Assembly (NCBI GenBank): GCA_965204725.1
Contig: OZ242005.1
Coordinates: forward strand, 1,536,001 to 1,600,000
DNA: 64,000 nt
Direction: 5' to 3'
From: Candidatus Latescibacterota bacterium
Lineage (GTDB): Bacteria; Latescibacterota; UBA2968; UBA8231
Of this stretch, positions 24,475 through 37,481 are shown piece by piece. A program made the translations under genes and the position numbers. Positions within the stretch are counted from its first letter, which is position 1, and each line of letters opens with the position of its first letter. Below the pieces are notes generated by a model. It saw only the letters and a list, made by a program, of their open reading frames with translations. It did no database searches and was not told where the DNA came from.

Positions 24475-26694
24475 TTAGGCGGGTTCGAGCTGGGCGTAGG
24501 CGACCGCAATGCGTTTGGTCTGCGTCTTAAAGCGGATGGAGAGCTTGGTCTTTTCGCCGTGCCCTTCGCGGCTGACTATTTGCCCGCGCCCCCATTGGGG
24601 GTGGCGCACCCACTGACCAACGGCGAGGAAGTCGTCTTGGGCGATAAACTCGTCAAACCCGGACGCCTGCTCTGCGTCCCACTCGTAGTGGACGCCTTGG
24701 GGCACCTTCTTTTGTTTGCGGCGCGGCGGGCTGACGCGCTGCCGCGAGCGGGCCACGCCGCGGTCTAGCTCATAGGTCTGGGCCGTCAGTTCAGCGGGGA
24801 TTTCGCCCAAGAACCGCGAGGGCTCGGTGGCAAGCAGCGAGCCGTACGCATAGCGGCGCAGGGCATAGGTCAGGCTGAGCTGCTCTCGCGCCCGGGTCAT
24901 GCCCACGTAGCAGAGCCGGCGCTCCTCTTCAATGGCCTGGGGATCGTCGATGGCTCGGGCGGTGGGAAAGAGGTTTTCTTCGAGGCCGCAGACAAAGACC
25001 AAGGGAAACTCCAAGCCCTTGGCGCTGTGCAAGGTCATCAAGGTAATGGCATTGCCATCGTCGTCGCTTTCGTCGGCCGAGGTCAGCAGGGATTTTTCTT
25101 CGAGATAGGTCGCCAATGTCGAGTTGGGGTTCGCGTCTGCGTACTCGGTCATCTCGGCCAATAACTGGTCGAGGTTTTGCAAGCGCGCCTCGGCTTCGGG
25201 AGTGTTTTCCGCCGCGAGCATGGAGCGGTATTCGCTCTTTTCGACGACGGCAAAGCCCAGCTCGGGCAGGGAGATGGCCTCGGTCGCGGCCCTTAGCTCG
25301 CCGATTAGGTCGGCAAAGGCAGCGAGGCTCTTTTTTGCGCGGCCGCTGAGGCTGGGCACATCGCTGAGGTGGGCCAGCGCCGTGGAAAGGCTCCAGTCTT
25401 GGGTTTGGGCGAAATCCTGCAAGCGGGCGAGGGATGTATCGCCAATGCCGCGCCGGGGCGTATTGACGATGCGGCGCAGGGCCATGTCGTCGGCCGGGTT
25501 GACCAATAGGCGCAAATAGGCCAGCACGTCGCGAATTTCTCGGCGGTCGTAAAAGCGGATGCCCCCGACGATTCGATAGGGCAGGCTGGCGCGCTGGAGC
25601 TCCTCTTCAAAGAGCCGCGACTGGGCGTTGGTGCGGTAGAGCACGGCCGCGTCCCCGAGGCGGTAGCGGCCCAAGCGGTCGTAGCGGCGGATGCAATCGA
25701 CGACGTGGCGGGCCTCGCGGCGGTCTGAGTCGCATTCGACGACTGCAATGGGATCGCCCTCGGGGCCTTCGGTCCACAGCTTTTTGCCCTTGCGGCCTTG
25801 GTTGTGGCCGATGACGGCGTTGGCCGCGGCGAGGATGCGGCCGGTCGAGCGGTAGTTTTGCTCCAGCCGTACGCTGCGGGCGTCTGGGTAGTCGCGCTCA
25901 AAGTCGAGAATGTTGCGGATGTCGGCGCCGCGGAATTGGTAGATCGACTGGTCGTCGTCTCCGACCACGCACAGGTTGCGGTGGTGTGCCGCTAGCTGGC
26001 GGCAGAGCAAGTACTGGGGCCGGTTGGTGTCTTGGTATTCATCGACGAGCAGGTGCTCAAAACGCTCTTGGTAGGTTTGCAGAATGTCTGGGTGGCGGTC
26101 GAATTGGCGCACGACTTCGAGGAGCAAGTCGTCGAAATCGAGGGCTTGGTTGCGGCGCAACTCGCGCTCGTAGTCGGCGTAGAGTTCGGCGATTTGTTGT
26201 TGGCGCTCGCTCGCTTGGCTGGCGAATTCCAACGGGCCGAGCATGGCGTTTTTGGCGTGGCTGATCTGGCTGACGACCGCGCGCGGAGCGAGCTCGCGCT
26301 CGTCGATTTGGTGGGCTTCGAGAACGCGGCGCATGGTGGCGCGGCGGTCGTCTTCGTCGTAGATGGAGAAATTGGGATCGAGGCCAAACTGCGCGGCTTG
26401 GCGGCGCAGGATGCGCGCGCAGATGGAGTGAAAGGTGCCGACCCATAGCTCGGCGACCGCCGAGCCGCCGAGCTGCTCGATGCGCTCGCGCATTTCGCCG
26501 GCCGCCTTGTTGGTAAAGGTTGCGGCGAGGATGCGCCACGGGGGCACGCCGACTTCTTCGATGAGAAAGGCGATGCGATGGGTGAGGACGCGGGTCTTGC
26601 CCGAGCCGGCCCCGGCGAGGATCAGCAGCGGGCCGCCGAGGGCCTCGGCCGCACGGCGTTGCGCCGGATTGAGGGCGTCTAGTAGGCTGGACAT
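24475..26694 (-). CDS. pcrA: UvrD/PcrA SF1A DNA helicase
   Basis: LAGAGSGKT, TFTNKAA, DEYQDTN, GDDDQSIY.FRGA, NYRST, TLHSAKGLEF, EERRL.YV and a C-terminal Tudor-like domain. Confidence 0.92.
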   Translation of the reverse strand: MSSLLDALNPAQRRAAEALGGPLLILAGAGSGKTRVLTHRIAFLIEEVGVPPWRILAATFTNKAAGEMRERIEQLGGSAVAELWVGTFHSICARILRRQAAQFGLDPNFSIYDEDDRRATMRRVLEAHQIDERELAPRAVVSQISHAKNAMLGPLEFASQASERQQQIAELYADYERELRRNQALDFDDLLLEVVRQFDRHPDILQTYQERFEHLLVDEYQDTNRPQYLLCRQLAAHHRNLCVVGDDDQSIYQFRGADIRNILDFERDYPDARSVRLEQNYRSTGRILAAANAVIGHNQGRKGKKLWTEGPEGDPIAVVECDSDRREARHVVDCIRRYDRLGRYRLGDAAVLYRTNAQSRLFEEELQRASLPYRIVGGIRFYDRREIRDVLAYLRLLVNPADDMALRRIVNTPRRGIGDTSLARLQDFAQTQDWSLSTALAHLSDVPSLSGRAKKSLAAFADLIGELRAATEAISLPELGFAVVEKSEYRSMLAAENTPEAEARLQNLDQLLAEMTEYADANPNSTLATYLEEKSLLTSADESDDDGNAITLMTLHSAKGLEFPLVFVCGLEENLFPTARAIDDPQAIEEERRLCYVGMTRAREQLSLTYALRRYAYGSLLATEPSRFLGEIPAELTAQTYELDRGVARSRQRVSPPRRKQKKVPQGVHYEWDAEQASGFDEFIAQDDFLAVGQWVRHPQWGRGQIVSREGHGEKTKLSIRFKTQTKRIAVAYAQLEPA

Positions 26695-26696
26695 CC

Positions 26697-27728
26697 TCAG
26701 TTTGTCTGCATGCGCTGGGCTAGCTTGACGCGGCGCTTGGCGCGCTCGTGTTCGCGGTTGGTGCGGCTGAAGATATGGGTGCCGTCGCCGCGGGCGACGA
26801 AGTAGAGATATTCGGTTTTCGCGGGATAGAGCACGGCGAGCAGGGCGGTGCGGCCGGGGTTGCTGATCGGGCCGGGGGGCAGGCCGTGGTGGCGATACGT
26901 ATTGAAGGGCGAATCCACCTTCAAGTCGGCATACGTCAGCCGCTTCTTGGTCGTGCCGAGCGCGTAGTTGACCGTGGCGCAGGATTCGAGGCGGCGGTTG
27001 AGCTTGAGGCGGCGTTGGAAGACGCCGGAGATAATGGGCTGCTCCTCAACGGCCACGGCCTCGCGCTCGACAATGGAGGCCAGCGTCACCGCTTGGTGTA
27101 GCGAAAGGCCCTGTTCTTTGAGCCGCTGGTGTAGGGAGTCGGCGAATACGCGGTGGAATTGGCCGACCATGAGGGAGGCGATGGCGCGTTCATCAGCGTT
27201 TAGATCGAAGAAGTACGTCTCGGGGAAGAGGTAGCCTTCGAGGGTGGCCGCGGTCAGGCCGAGCTGGCGGATGAGGCGCGGGTCTTCGGTGGCGGCGATA
27301 AAGCGGGCCGAGTCTGCCACGCCGGCGGCCTGTAGCTCGCTGGCGATCTGGTGGCGATTCAGGCCCTCGGAAATCAGGGCCGGTCGGGTTTGGATGGGGG
27401 CCTTGAGCAGGGCCTGCGCCGTGGCCACGGTCGTGCCGGTGCCGTCGAGTTGATAGGTGCCCGCTTCGAGCTGGTGCCCAAGGCCCTTGAGCCGGACAAT
27501 CAAAGCGAAGACGTGCGCGTTGTGGATTAGGTTTTCCCGCTCTAGCAACTGGCCGATCCAGCGGGCGCTCGCCCCTTGGGGGATGTGGATCTGGCGCGCT
27601 GGGTATTCGTAGGTGGGCTGGTTCAAATACCACAAGGCCCCCAGCGGCAACGCCGCTCCCACGAGCGAGAGCACCGCGCCGAGTACGAGCGCACGGAACC
27701 AGCGCCCAGACTTGACTTGAGTTGACAT
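26697..27728 (-). CDS. mltG: Endolytic transglycosylase
   Basis: N-terminal TM; LEGYLFPETY, LASIVERE, SPFNTY...GLPPGPISNPG, YLYFVA. Confidence 0.95.
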   Translation of the reverse strand: MSTQVKSGRWFRALVLGAVLSLVGAALPLGALWYLNQPTYEYPARQIHIPQGASARWIGQLLERENLIHNAHVFALIVRLKGLGHQLEAGTYQLDGTGTTVATAQALLKAPIQTRPALISEGLNRHQIASELQAAGVADSARFIAATEDPRLIRQLGLTAATLEGYLFPETYFFDLNADERAIASLMVGQFHRVFADSLHQRLKEQGLSLHQAVTLASIVEREAVAVEEQPIISGVFQRRLKLNRRLESCATVNYALGTTKKRLTYADLKVDSPFNTYRHHGLPPGPISNPGRTALLAVLYPAKTEYLYFVARGDGTHIFSRTNREHERAKRRVKLAQRMQTN

Positions 27729-27965
27729 GCTGTCGGCCCTACCTGAAAAAGTGATCCCTAGAGGATGCGGGCTGCGAACGCAACGTAAGGTCTAGCGCGA
27801 AAGTAAAGTGTGGATCGGGAATTTGTACAACCAAGGTTGAGAGCGAAATTATAAGAAAAGGCAACCCCTGTCAATCGGCGTCGCTTTCTTGACGCTAGCC
27901 GGGAATCCGGTTAATTTCCCAACCTTTTGTCTCGTCGCCTCAACGCCGGCCGCAGGAGATTTTCG

Positions 27966-28919
27966 TTGGATCCCCAAGTACGCATCAGCATTTCGCAGCT
28001 TTCCCACGTCTATGCGGGTACGCGCCCGGAAACGGGCCGCCGTGCGCTCCACCAGATCGATCTCGACATCCACTCCGGGGAAACCATGGCCCTGTTGGGG
28101 CCTAATGGCAGCGGTAAATCCACGCTCCTACGCATACTAACCACCGCACTGGTGCCGACCTCGGGTGTGGTGCGAGTCGGCGACGCGTTCGTGGGGCGCG
28201 ATCCGGGTGCGGTGCGCCGCCAGTTGGGCGTCGTCTTTCAAGAGCCCGCGCTCGACGGGAAATTGACGGTCGGCGAAAACTTGCGGACCGCGGGCTTGCT
28301 CTACGGCATGAGCCGCCGCGCCGTGCGCCAGCGCGGCCAACAGTTGCTGGAGGTCGTCGGCTTGTGGGAACGGCGCGCCGAACGGGTGGAGAAGCTGTCT
28401 GGGGGGATGCGGCGGCGCGTCGAATTGGCCAAGGCGCTGCTGCCGGCCCCGGCTATTCTCGCGCTCGACGAGCCGACGGCCGGTTTGGACCCGGTGGCGC
28501 GCCAAGATTTCTGGTGCCAAGTGGAGGAACTCAAAGCGGGCGAACAGCTCACCGTCGTGGTCTCGACCCACCTGTTAGACGAGGCCGAGCGCGCCGACCG
28601 AGTGGCCATTTTGCACCAAGGACAATTGCTCGTCTGCGGTCCCCCCAGAGCCTTACAGTGCCAGTTGGGGCGCGAAATCCTCACGCTGCGCAGCGACGAT
28701 GCGACCGCGCTGCAAACCGCATTGCGCCGCGCCATGGGCCTAGAAGGCCTAGTGGTCGATCAGGACGTGCGCGTCCCGCTCAAAGGCGACGTCAGCCTCG
28801 ACGAGGTCTTCCAGCGGTTCGGCCCCCAGATCCGCTCGCTGTCGCTGGCACCGCCCTCGCTCGACGATGTGTTCGTGCGCCACACCGGCCAGCACCTCGG
28901 GGAGGGGAAGGCCGTTTGA
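27966..28919 (+). CDS. ABC-2 exporter ATP-binding subunit
   Basis: TTG after AGGAGA; GPNGSGKST, LSGGM, LDEPTAGLD, STH. Confidence 0.9.
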   Translation: MDPQVRISISQLSHVYAGTRPETGRRALHQIDLDIHSGETMALLGPNGSGKSTLLRILTTALVPTSGVVRVGDAFVGRDPGAVRRQLGVVFQEPALDGKLTVGENLRTAGLLYGMSRRAVRQRGQQLLEVVGLWERRAERVEKLSGGMRRRVELAKALLPAPAILALDEPTAGLDPVARQDFWCQVEELKAGEQLTVVVSTHLLDEAERADRVAILHQGQLLVCGPPRALQCQLGREILTLRSDDATALQTALRRAMGLEGLVVDQDVRVPLKGDVSLDEVFQRFGPQIRSLSLAPPSLDDVFVRHTGQHLGEGKAV

Positions 28920-29679
28920 ACGGCGTCTGGATTCTGGCCCAGCGCGAAGTGCTGCGCTTTTTCCGCCAGCCTTCGCGGCTTTTAGGCAACTTGGTGCAGC
29001 CGCTGATGCTGTGGTTTTTTATGCGCTCGGGTTTTTCCGCCCGCTTCGTCAGCGAGGGCCGCGAGTTGAGCTACGGCGAATTCTTCTATCCGGGCGTCGT
29101 GCTGATGCTCCTGCTATTCGCGGCGATTTTTTCTACCATCACCCTCATTGAAGACCGCAGCGTCGGCTTTTTGCAAGGCGTGCTAGTAGCCCCGGTGCCG
29201 CGCCTGAGTATCGCGCTGGGCAAGCTGGTCGGCGGTACGCTCATCGCCCTCTTGCAGGTGCTGGTGTTTTTGCTGCTGGCGCCGGTGGCTGGCATTGGCT
29301 TGGCCGTGGAGGGGGTCTTGGTGCTCTTGGCCCTGTGCGCCCTGATCGGCATGGGCTTCACGGGCTTGGGCTTCATGGTCGCGTGGAAGTTGGATTCTGT
29401 GGCTGGCTACCACTCGGTAATGAGCGTCGTCCTCATCCCCTTGTGGTTTCTTTCCGGCGCGCTCTTTCCCGTTGAAGGGGCCGCTCCTTGCTCGAATGGG
29501 TGATGCAATGCAATCCCGTGACCTATGCTTTGGTCGTTTTGCGCAAGGCGTTCTACCTAGCACCCGCTCAGCTCATGGCCGATCCAGCGTTTGGGTACGC
29601 CCTGCTGGTAACTGGCGGCTGGACGGTGCTGACGACCATCGGGGCTGCTTGGATGGTGGCCCGCAGCCGCCGGTCCTGA
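28916..29679 (+). CDS. ABC-2 permease with a single-base frameshift near 29490
   Basis: REVLRFFRQPSR...FLSGALFPVEGAAP continues in another frame as LEWVMQCNPVTY. One G appears to be missing in ccttg(g)ctc. Confidence 0.8.
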
Positions 29680-29681
29680 GG

Positions 29682-30095
29682 TCAGAGCCGGTAGAGCATT
29701 AGATAGACCACCACGCCGCTAATCGAGACAAAAATCCACGTCGGCCAGACCCAGCGGGCCAACCGCCGATGGCGAGCAAAATTTTGCTTGTACGCGCACC
29801 AGACGACGAGGGCCACAAACGGAGCCATCAGCGCGGCGAGGACCACGTGGGGTATGAGCACGGCGAAATACAGGGGGCGGGTCCAGTCGTGGTGGGGATA
29901 GGGCACGGAACCTACCTGAACGTGGTAGATCAAATACGAACAGAGGAAGAGCGCGGAGCAGCCGAGAGCGGCCAGCATGGACTTTTGGTGGGCTTGGCGG
30001 GCGCCGCGGCGAATTTGCAGGAAGCCGCGCACGAGCAAAAGCGTGCATAACGTGTTGAGGCCGGCGTTTAGCGTGGGGAGATCGAGAACGGACAC
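29682..30095 (-). CDS. DUF420 membrane protein
   Basis: LPTLNAGLN, H...M, FL.SYL.YH, H.RLARW.WP.W..VS.SGV.VY.MLY. Confidence 0.9.
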   Translation of the reverse strand: MSVLDLPTLNAGLNTLCTLLLVRGFLQIRRGARQAHQKSMLAALGCSALFLCSYLIYHVQVGSVPYPHHDWTRPLYFAVLIPHVVLAALMAPFVALVVWCAYKQNFARHRRLARWVWPTWIFVSISGVVVYLMLYRL

Positions 30096-30116
30096 AGGGT
30101 GAGCGGACAGGGGCTA

Positions 30117-30175
30117 TGTAAAAGAGGGCTTGTGCCGTCTGGCTCCGCGTTGAGCCGACTGCTGCACAAGCCCTC
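30117..30175 (-). terminator. Hairpin/terminator downstream of tRNA-Thr
   Basis: 12-bp IR GAGGGCTTGTGC (30124-35) / GCACAAGCCCTC (30164-75) with an inner hairpin, followed by TTTT on the minus strand. Confidence 0.55.
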
Positions 30176-30184
30176 GTTGGGTTG

Positions 30185-30260
30185 TGGAGCCGCCACCCGG
30201 AGTCGAACCGGGGACCTACTCATTACGAGTGAGTTGCTCTACCAGCTGAGCTATGGCGGC
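30185..30260 (-). tRNA. tRNA-Thr(CGT)
   Basis: Reverse complement GCCGCCATAGCTCAGCTGGTAGAGCA-ACTCA-CTCGTAA-TGAGT-AGGTCCCCGGTTCGACTCCGGGTGGCGGCTCCA; 76 nt with encoded CCA. Confidence 0.97.
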
Positions 30261-30275
30261 TATGCTGTGCAGTAG

Positions 30276-30304
30276 AAACTAGGCGGGGCTAGCTACCATG
30301 TCAA
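30276..30304 (-). promoter_or_regulatory. sigma70 promoter of tRNA-Thr
   Basis: TTGACA-17 bp-TAGTTT on the minus strand. Confidence 0.6.
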
Positions 30305-30328
30305 GAACTGCCCGGTCTGCGCTGGGCA

Positions 30329-31543
30329 TTAAAAGAAGTTGAATAGTTTGCCCAGCGCGTGGGCGAGGCCGTTGCGAGACCGGTCGGCGTCGGGCGGCTC
30401 GGCTGCTGCACTGTGTTCGTTGGCAACAAAGCGCAATAGGCCGATCGCGGTCGCATAGCTGGGATCGTTGACCGTAACGGGGGCGATTACGTCTTGAGGG
30501 ACGCCAATGCGGACGTGGTGGCCGAGCACCTCCTCGGCGAGCGGGGCGATTTGGTCGAGCGCGGCCCCGCCGCCGGTGAGCACGATGCCGGCGGCCAAGC
30601 GGTCGTGGTAGGGGGTATTGACGAGGGTTTGGCGCACGTATTCAAAAATCTCGCGTTGTCGCGCTTCGAGGATCGCGCTGACTTGCTGCCGGGTTAAGGA
30701 GCAGGCCCGGCCGGCGGTCGTGTGATACGCGACGGGCTGGTCGCCTTCTTCGCCGGAGCAGCTAACGCTGCCGAAGCGGCATTTGAGCTGCTCGGCCTCG
30801 CGCATGGGGATGCTCAAGACGATTGAGAGATCGCGCGTTAGGTCGTCGCCCCCCAGCGGAATTTCTTCCACGTGCCGCATCGGGCCTAGGAACACGGCGA
30901 GGTCGCAGGTGCCGGCGCCGAGATCGAGCAGGGCCACGCCCATGTCGCGTTCATCTTGGGATAAGGTGGCGTGGGCCGCCCCGACGCTTTCGAGGACGAC
31001 GCCGGCGATCTCAACCCCGGCCTTGGAGGCCGCGTGGCGAAAGGCCGTGCATAGATGCCCGTCCGCGGAAACGGTTAGGACCTCAATCGACAGGCGATTG
31101 CCGTGTAGCCAGAGCGGGTTTTGCACCGGCTCGTCATCGACGGCATAGCTCTGGACGAAGCGGTGTATCACCGTCTGGTCCTCGGCGACTTGTTCCTCGG
31201 CGACGGTGAGCAGGGCGCGGTCCCGGTCCTCTTCGGAGATGGGGTTGGAGGAGCCGGAGATACCCACCGTACTCACAGCGCGGTGGGCACTGATGCCTTC
31301 GCCGGCCATGCCGAGATAGGCCCCAGCGATTTTGAGGCCGGTTGAGCGCTCGGCTTCAGCGAGGGCCGTGCGGATGGAGTCTGCTACTTGGGGCATGTCG
31401 ATGACGGCGCTGCGGCGCAGACCGGTGCAGGGGCTTTGCCCTAAGCCCAAAATTTTGACTTGAGAGTTGTTCTGAACCTCGCCGACTAGGCATAGAACTT
31501 TTGATGCACCAACATCGAGAACGACGACGGGGGATCCAGCCAT
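30329..31543 (-). CDS. ftsA: Cell division protein FtsA (stand-alone copy)
   Basis: VLDVGASKV...GLRR..V.D, DERDMGVALLDLGAGT.D, GGDDLTRDL, AEQLK, GIVLTGGGA, YATAIGLL and an amphipathic C-terminus LGKLFNFF. Confidence 0.9.
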   Translation of the reverse strand: MAGSPVVVLDVGASKVLCLVGEVQNNSQVKILGLGQSPCTGLRRSAVIDMPQVADSIRTALAEAERSTGLKIAGAYLGMAGEGISAHRAVSTVGISGSSNPISEEDRDRALLTVAEEQVAEDQTVIHRFVQSYAVDDEPVQNPLWLHGNRLSIEVLTVSADGHLCTAFRHAASKAGVEIAGVVLESVGAAHATLSQDERDMGVALLDLGAGTCDLAVFLGPMRHVEEIPLGGDDLTRDLSIVLSIPMREAEQLKCRFGSVSCSGEEGDQPVAYHTTAGRACSLTRQQVSAILEARQREIFEYVRQTLVNTPYHDRLAAGIVLTGGGAALDQIAPLAEEVLGHHVRIGVPQDVIAPVTVNDPSYATAIGLLRFVANEHSAAAEPPDADRSRNGLAHALGKLFNFF

Positions 31544-31807
31544 GGTTGGCGTACCTTCTTTCTAATCGCAACCGCAAAGCAGCGCAGTAGGAGCAGGTGG
31601 GGACGAATAGGGAGGAGAGAAAGCGACCGTCTAGCGGCGGCCAGGTGACGAACTGGGGCGATTGCCCCCAAATTACCCGTGCTTACAAGCCAGACAAGGG
31701 GGGAAGCCGGCCCACTGTAAGCATTTGGTAATGATTTGATTTAAGGATATGGAAGGATAGCGAAGCGGCAGGAGAAAGTCAAGCCCGCTGGCGCGCTGGA
31801 AACGGCC

Positions 31808-31836
31808 TTGACTGAGCCAAGGCTTGCGCCTAAGAT
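31808..31836 (+). promoter_or_regulatory. sigma70 promoter of ssb
   Basis: TTGACT-17 bp-TAAGAT. Confidence 0.6.
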
Positions 31837-31902
31837 AAGCGAAATTGAGAACGTTCATGGGTGTGCTCGCGGTTGCGAGACGCCCGCAAAAAGGAGCGAA
31901 TA

Positions 31903-32379
31903 ATGGCCCGTGGAGTAAACAAAGTAATTTTGATCGGCAATTTGGGCAGCGATCCCGAAGTGCGCTACACGCCGGACGGAGTGCCCGTAGCCAATTTCAG
32001 CTTGGCGACTACGGAAAGCTGGAATGACCGCAATACAGGGGAACGCCAAGAGCGAACCGAGTGGCATCGGCTCGTGCTCTGGCGTCGGCAGGCCGAGGTG
32101 GCCCAGCAGTATCTCAAAAAGGGCAGCAAGATCTATGTCGAAGGCAAGTTGCAAACCCGCTCGTGGGACGACCAGAGCGGCCAGAAGCGCTATACGACCG
32201 AGATCGTAGTCTTTGACATGCAGATGCTCGATTCCCGAGGCGAGGGCGGCGGTGGCAGTGGTGGCGGCGGCGGCGGCCGAGACGCTGGCTACAATGCCGG
32301 AGGGCAAAACGCCGGCCCGGCCGCCCAGTCCGACGCGCCCCCGCCGCCGGGGGGCGACGACGACGACCTGCCGTTTTAA
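31903..32379 (+). CDS. ssb: Single-stranded DNA-binding protein
   Basis: [19 protein letters not shown]...DDDDLPF; RBS AAGGAG. Confidence 0.98.
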   Translation: MARGVNKVILIGNLGSDPEVRYTPDGVPVANFSLATTESWNDRNTGERQERTEWHRLVLWRRQAEVAQQYLKKGSKIYVEGKLQTRSWDDQSGQKRYTTEIVVFDMQMLDSRGEGGGGSGGGGGGRDAGYNAGGQNAGPAAQSDAPPPPGGDDDDLPF

Positions 32380-32381
32380 GT

Positions 32382-33228
32382 TTGGCCGGCAGCTTCTTCC
32401 ACTTGTGGCTGGCCGAGCGGGCTTTTCCCCTAGTGTTTGGCGACCGTGCGGGCGAAGGGGAACTCGCGGCGGCCTTTGCCGCGGGTTCGGTCGGCCCGGA
32501 TATTGGTTTTTTCCCCGGCGGCCCGGCGGCCTTATCGCATCGGGTGCATCTGGAGCGGTGCGGCGACTTTTTGCGCGCCCTGACCCAAAGGGCCGCCAGC
32601 CCTAACGAGCAGGCGTTTGCCGCGGGTTGGGGGCTGCACGTCTATGCGGATATGGCCGTGCATCCTTGGGTTGAGGCCCGGGTGGCCGCCTTGCTCCGCG
32701 AGGGCACCCGGCCGGCCGCGCCCGATTTGTGGCACCTGCGCTTGGAATGGGGGGTTGATTGCCGCTTGCTCGCGGGCGCGGAGATGGACGGGCTGTGGAA
32801 CGCGCGCTTGTACTTTCCCCGCCGCGCAGATGGCCGCAGCTTGCTGGGGGAAGTGGGGGCGGCTTTCTACGGCCGCGATGCCGACGAGAGCCTGCTGCAA
32901 CGAGGGGAAGAGGCCACCGCCCGGTGGTTGCAGCGCATTCCCAAAATTCTCTGGTGGGGAGGGCACATCCGCCGGGCCGGACGCCGCCCCAATCCCCTGT
33001 TGACATTGGCGTTTGCCCACTTGGGGCGCAAGGCCCTCGGGGATTGGCTCCAGCACTGGGCGCGCTTTAAGGATGGCGCGGCCTTGGCCCGTCCTCTGTT
33101 GCCCTCAGACCAAGCCTACGAGCAGGTAGTCGGGTTGGGCGAATCGGCTGTGGAAAGGTTTTGCCCAGCGCTGGACGAGGGTTTTGCCCAGTTGGGCAAT
33201 CCCGATTTATATACGGGCGAAGTACGCG

Positions 33229-33236
<8 letters not shown>
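32382..33236 (+). CDS. Zinc-dependent phospholipase C-family protein
   Basis: N-terminal H, GSVGPD, S..VH, GW.LH.YAD..VHP.V, H.RLE..VD. Confidence 0.75.
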
Positions 33237-35745
<2,509 letters not shown>

Positions 35746-35774
35746 CTAAACAGTTAATCAACAAGCCCTTGGGA

Positions 35775-37472
35775 ATGCTGTCAACGCAGGTTCTACTGGG
35801 CTTGTTGATCCCGTTGAGCACCGGCGTCGCACGGGCGGATTCGTCGGTTTACGTGCCTTTGGAGCACTGGGTGTACCGCTTTGTCGAGCGGCTCGAAGCG
35901 CACGGGCGAGCCGACGGCGGTGCCGATGGCATTAAACCATACAGCCGCAATAAAATAGTAGAGCTACTTGACGCTGTTGATAAGAAATATCGCCCCGAGC
36001 TGTCGCCGATCGAACGAGGCGAACTGGACTTGTTGCGCCGCGAGTTTACACGCGAGCATGCCTTGATTCACTATCGCGCCCGCGGCGGGGCCGTTTTCGC
36101 CGACGTTCTCGCCCGCCAACAAACCGATCGCTTTAGCGGCTGGGGCCGGTCGGCGGCCGAAGTGGTGTACCGCCATCGCGGCGGCGGCATCGTCCGCGGG
36201 CGCCTAGGCCGCAAAGTGGGCTTTCGCTTGGCTTTTGAACAGGTTCGCGAGCAAGGCTCGCGCCAGTACGTCTATCGCCACGACCTGTACGAGCGGCGGA
36301 TCGACCTGCCCCAGCTAAAGGGCCACGCGGCCGATTTTCACGAGGGCACCGCGTACGTCAAGTTCGCGGTGGGGCCGGTAGAAGTGCAGTTGGGCAAAGA
36401 CGAGGCGCTATGGGGGCCGGCCCCCGCGCAAAATTTGGGGTTGGGCAACAACGCGCCGTCGTTTAACATGATCCGCTTGCAATCGCAGTTTGGGGCCGTC
36501 AAGTTGGTCAGCATCTCGGCCGAGTTGCGTCCGTGTCCCAACCGGACCGACTCGCCGCTGTGCGCGGGGACGGCCGATTCCGTGGCGACCTATTCAGTCA
36601 ACGGCATGGTGCGCCTGTTGGACCGCCAAAAGTACTTGGCAGCCCACCGCTTAGAGATCGCGCTGACCCCGTGGCTCGACTTGGGTTTTCAGGAGTTGGT
36701 AGTGTACGGCGATCGGGGACTAGAGCCTAGCTATGTGAACCCACTGATGTTCTACTGGGCCGCCCAGAGCCACCTAGGCGACAAGGACAACCTCCTGATG
36801 GGCATAGACTTGGACATTCATCCGGGGCGCGGGCGGCGCTATTATCTGGCCTATTTGGTGGATGACCTGAAGAAGGCCCGCATCTTTTCCAATGATTTTG
36901 CCAACAAGTTTTCCTTGCAGGCCGGAATGCTCTGGGTCGATCCGCTGGGGTTGGCCGATTCCGAATTGCGGGCCGAATACGTGCGCCTCGAACCGTGGCT
37001 GTACTCCCATCGGTTTCCCATTAACACCTTTCGCCACTTCGACTCGCCGCTGGGGCACGCCTTGGCACCCAACAGCGACCAATGGCAATTGGGCCTGACG
37101 AAGCGGGCGGTCCGCGACGTAGAGTTCGCGGTACGTATCACGCGCAGCCGCCACGGCGACAACGAGTTAGGGGAGGACAACACCATTCGCAATGTCGGCG
37201 GCGATATGCACTATGGCTGGCGGCCGGGGGACGAGCGTGCGACCAAGCAATTCCTCGACGGGCATCGAGTGCAGCGGACCGTGCTGACCGCTGGCCTGAA
37301 CTGGCGGATTTTTCCCGATCTCCGGCTAGAGGCTCAATACGCGCAGGAGTGGGGCCGAGGCGTACCGCTGCCTCCAGCTTGGGGCCCGGCCGTACCGCTC
37401 ACGTGGCGCTCTGGTTACGGAGAGGGCCGCCAGCAGCACCTGCGCTTCGACTTGCGCTTGCACTATTTCTGA
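35775..37472 (+). CDS. Capsule assembly Wzi-family outer-membrane beta-barrel
   Basis: Signal peptide; YVPLEHWVY..VERL, KPYSR, WGP, AAHRLE, E..VYG, DN.LMG.D; terminal Phe. Confidence 0.75.
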   Translation: MLSTQVLLGLLIPLSTGVARADSSVYVPLEHWVYRFVERLEAHGRADGGADGIKPYSRNKIVELLDAVDKKYRPELSPIERGELDLLRREFTREHALIHYRARGGAVFADVLARQQTDRFSGWGRSAAEVVYRHRGGGIVRGRLGRKVGFRLAFEQVREQGSRQYVYRHDLYERRIDLPQLKGHAADFHEGTAYVKFAVGPVEVQLGKDEALWGPAPAQNLGLGNNAPSFNMIRLQSQFGAVKLVSISAELRPCPNRTDSPLCAGTADSVATYSVNGMVRLLDRQKYLAAHRLEIALTPWLDLGFQELVVYGDRGLEPSYVNPLMFYWAAQSHLGDKDNLLMGIDLDIHPGRGRRYYLAYLVDDLKKARIFSNDFANKFSLQAGMLWVDPLGLADSELRAEYVRLEPWLYSHRFPINTFRHFDSPLGHALAPNSDQWQLGLTKRAVRDVEFAVRITRSRHGDNELGEDNTIRNVGGDMHYGWRPGDERATKQFLDGHRVQRTVLTAGLNWRIFPDLRLEAQYAQEWGRGVPLPPAWGPAVPLTWRSGYGEGRQQHLRFDLRLHYF

Positions 37473-37481
37473 GGCCGCCTT

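Noticed and set aside
27848-27874. TTGACA/TATAAT minus-strand promoter for mltG
   Set aside because: The hexamers are perfect but the spacer is only 15 bp, so it was not called as a feature.
29480-29510. Programmed frameshift or Sec readthrough in the permease
   Set aside because: No slippery heptamer or SECIS-like hairpin seen; a single missing base explains it.
30100-30330. tRNA-Thr as an integration site for the defence islet
   Set aside because: No integrase and no duplicated tRNA 3' end were seen; the islet is about 8.5 kb away behind housekeeping genes.
32236-32360. GGC-rich low-complexity tract
   Set aside because: Ordinary Gly/Pro-rich SSB linker.
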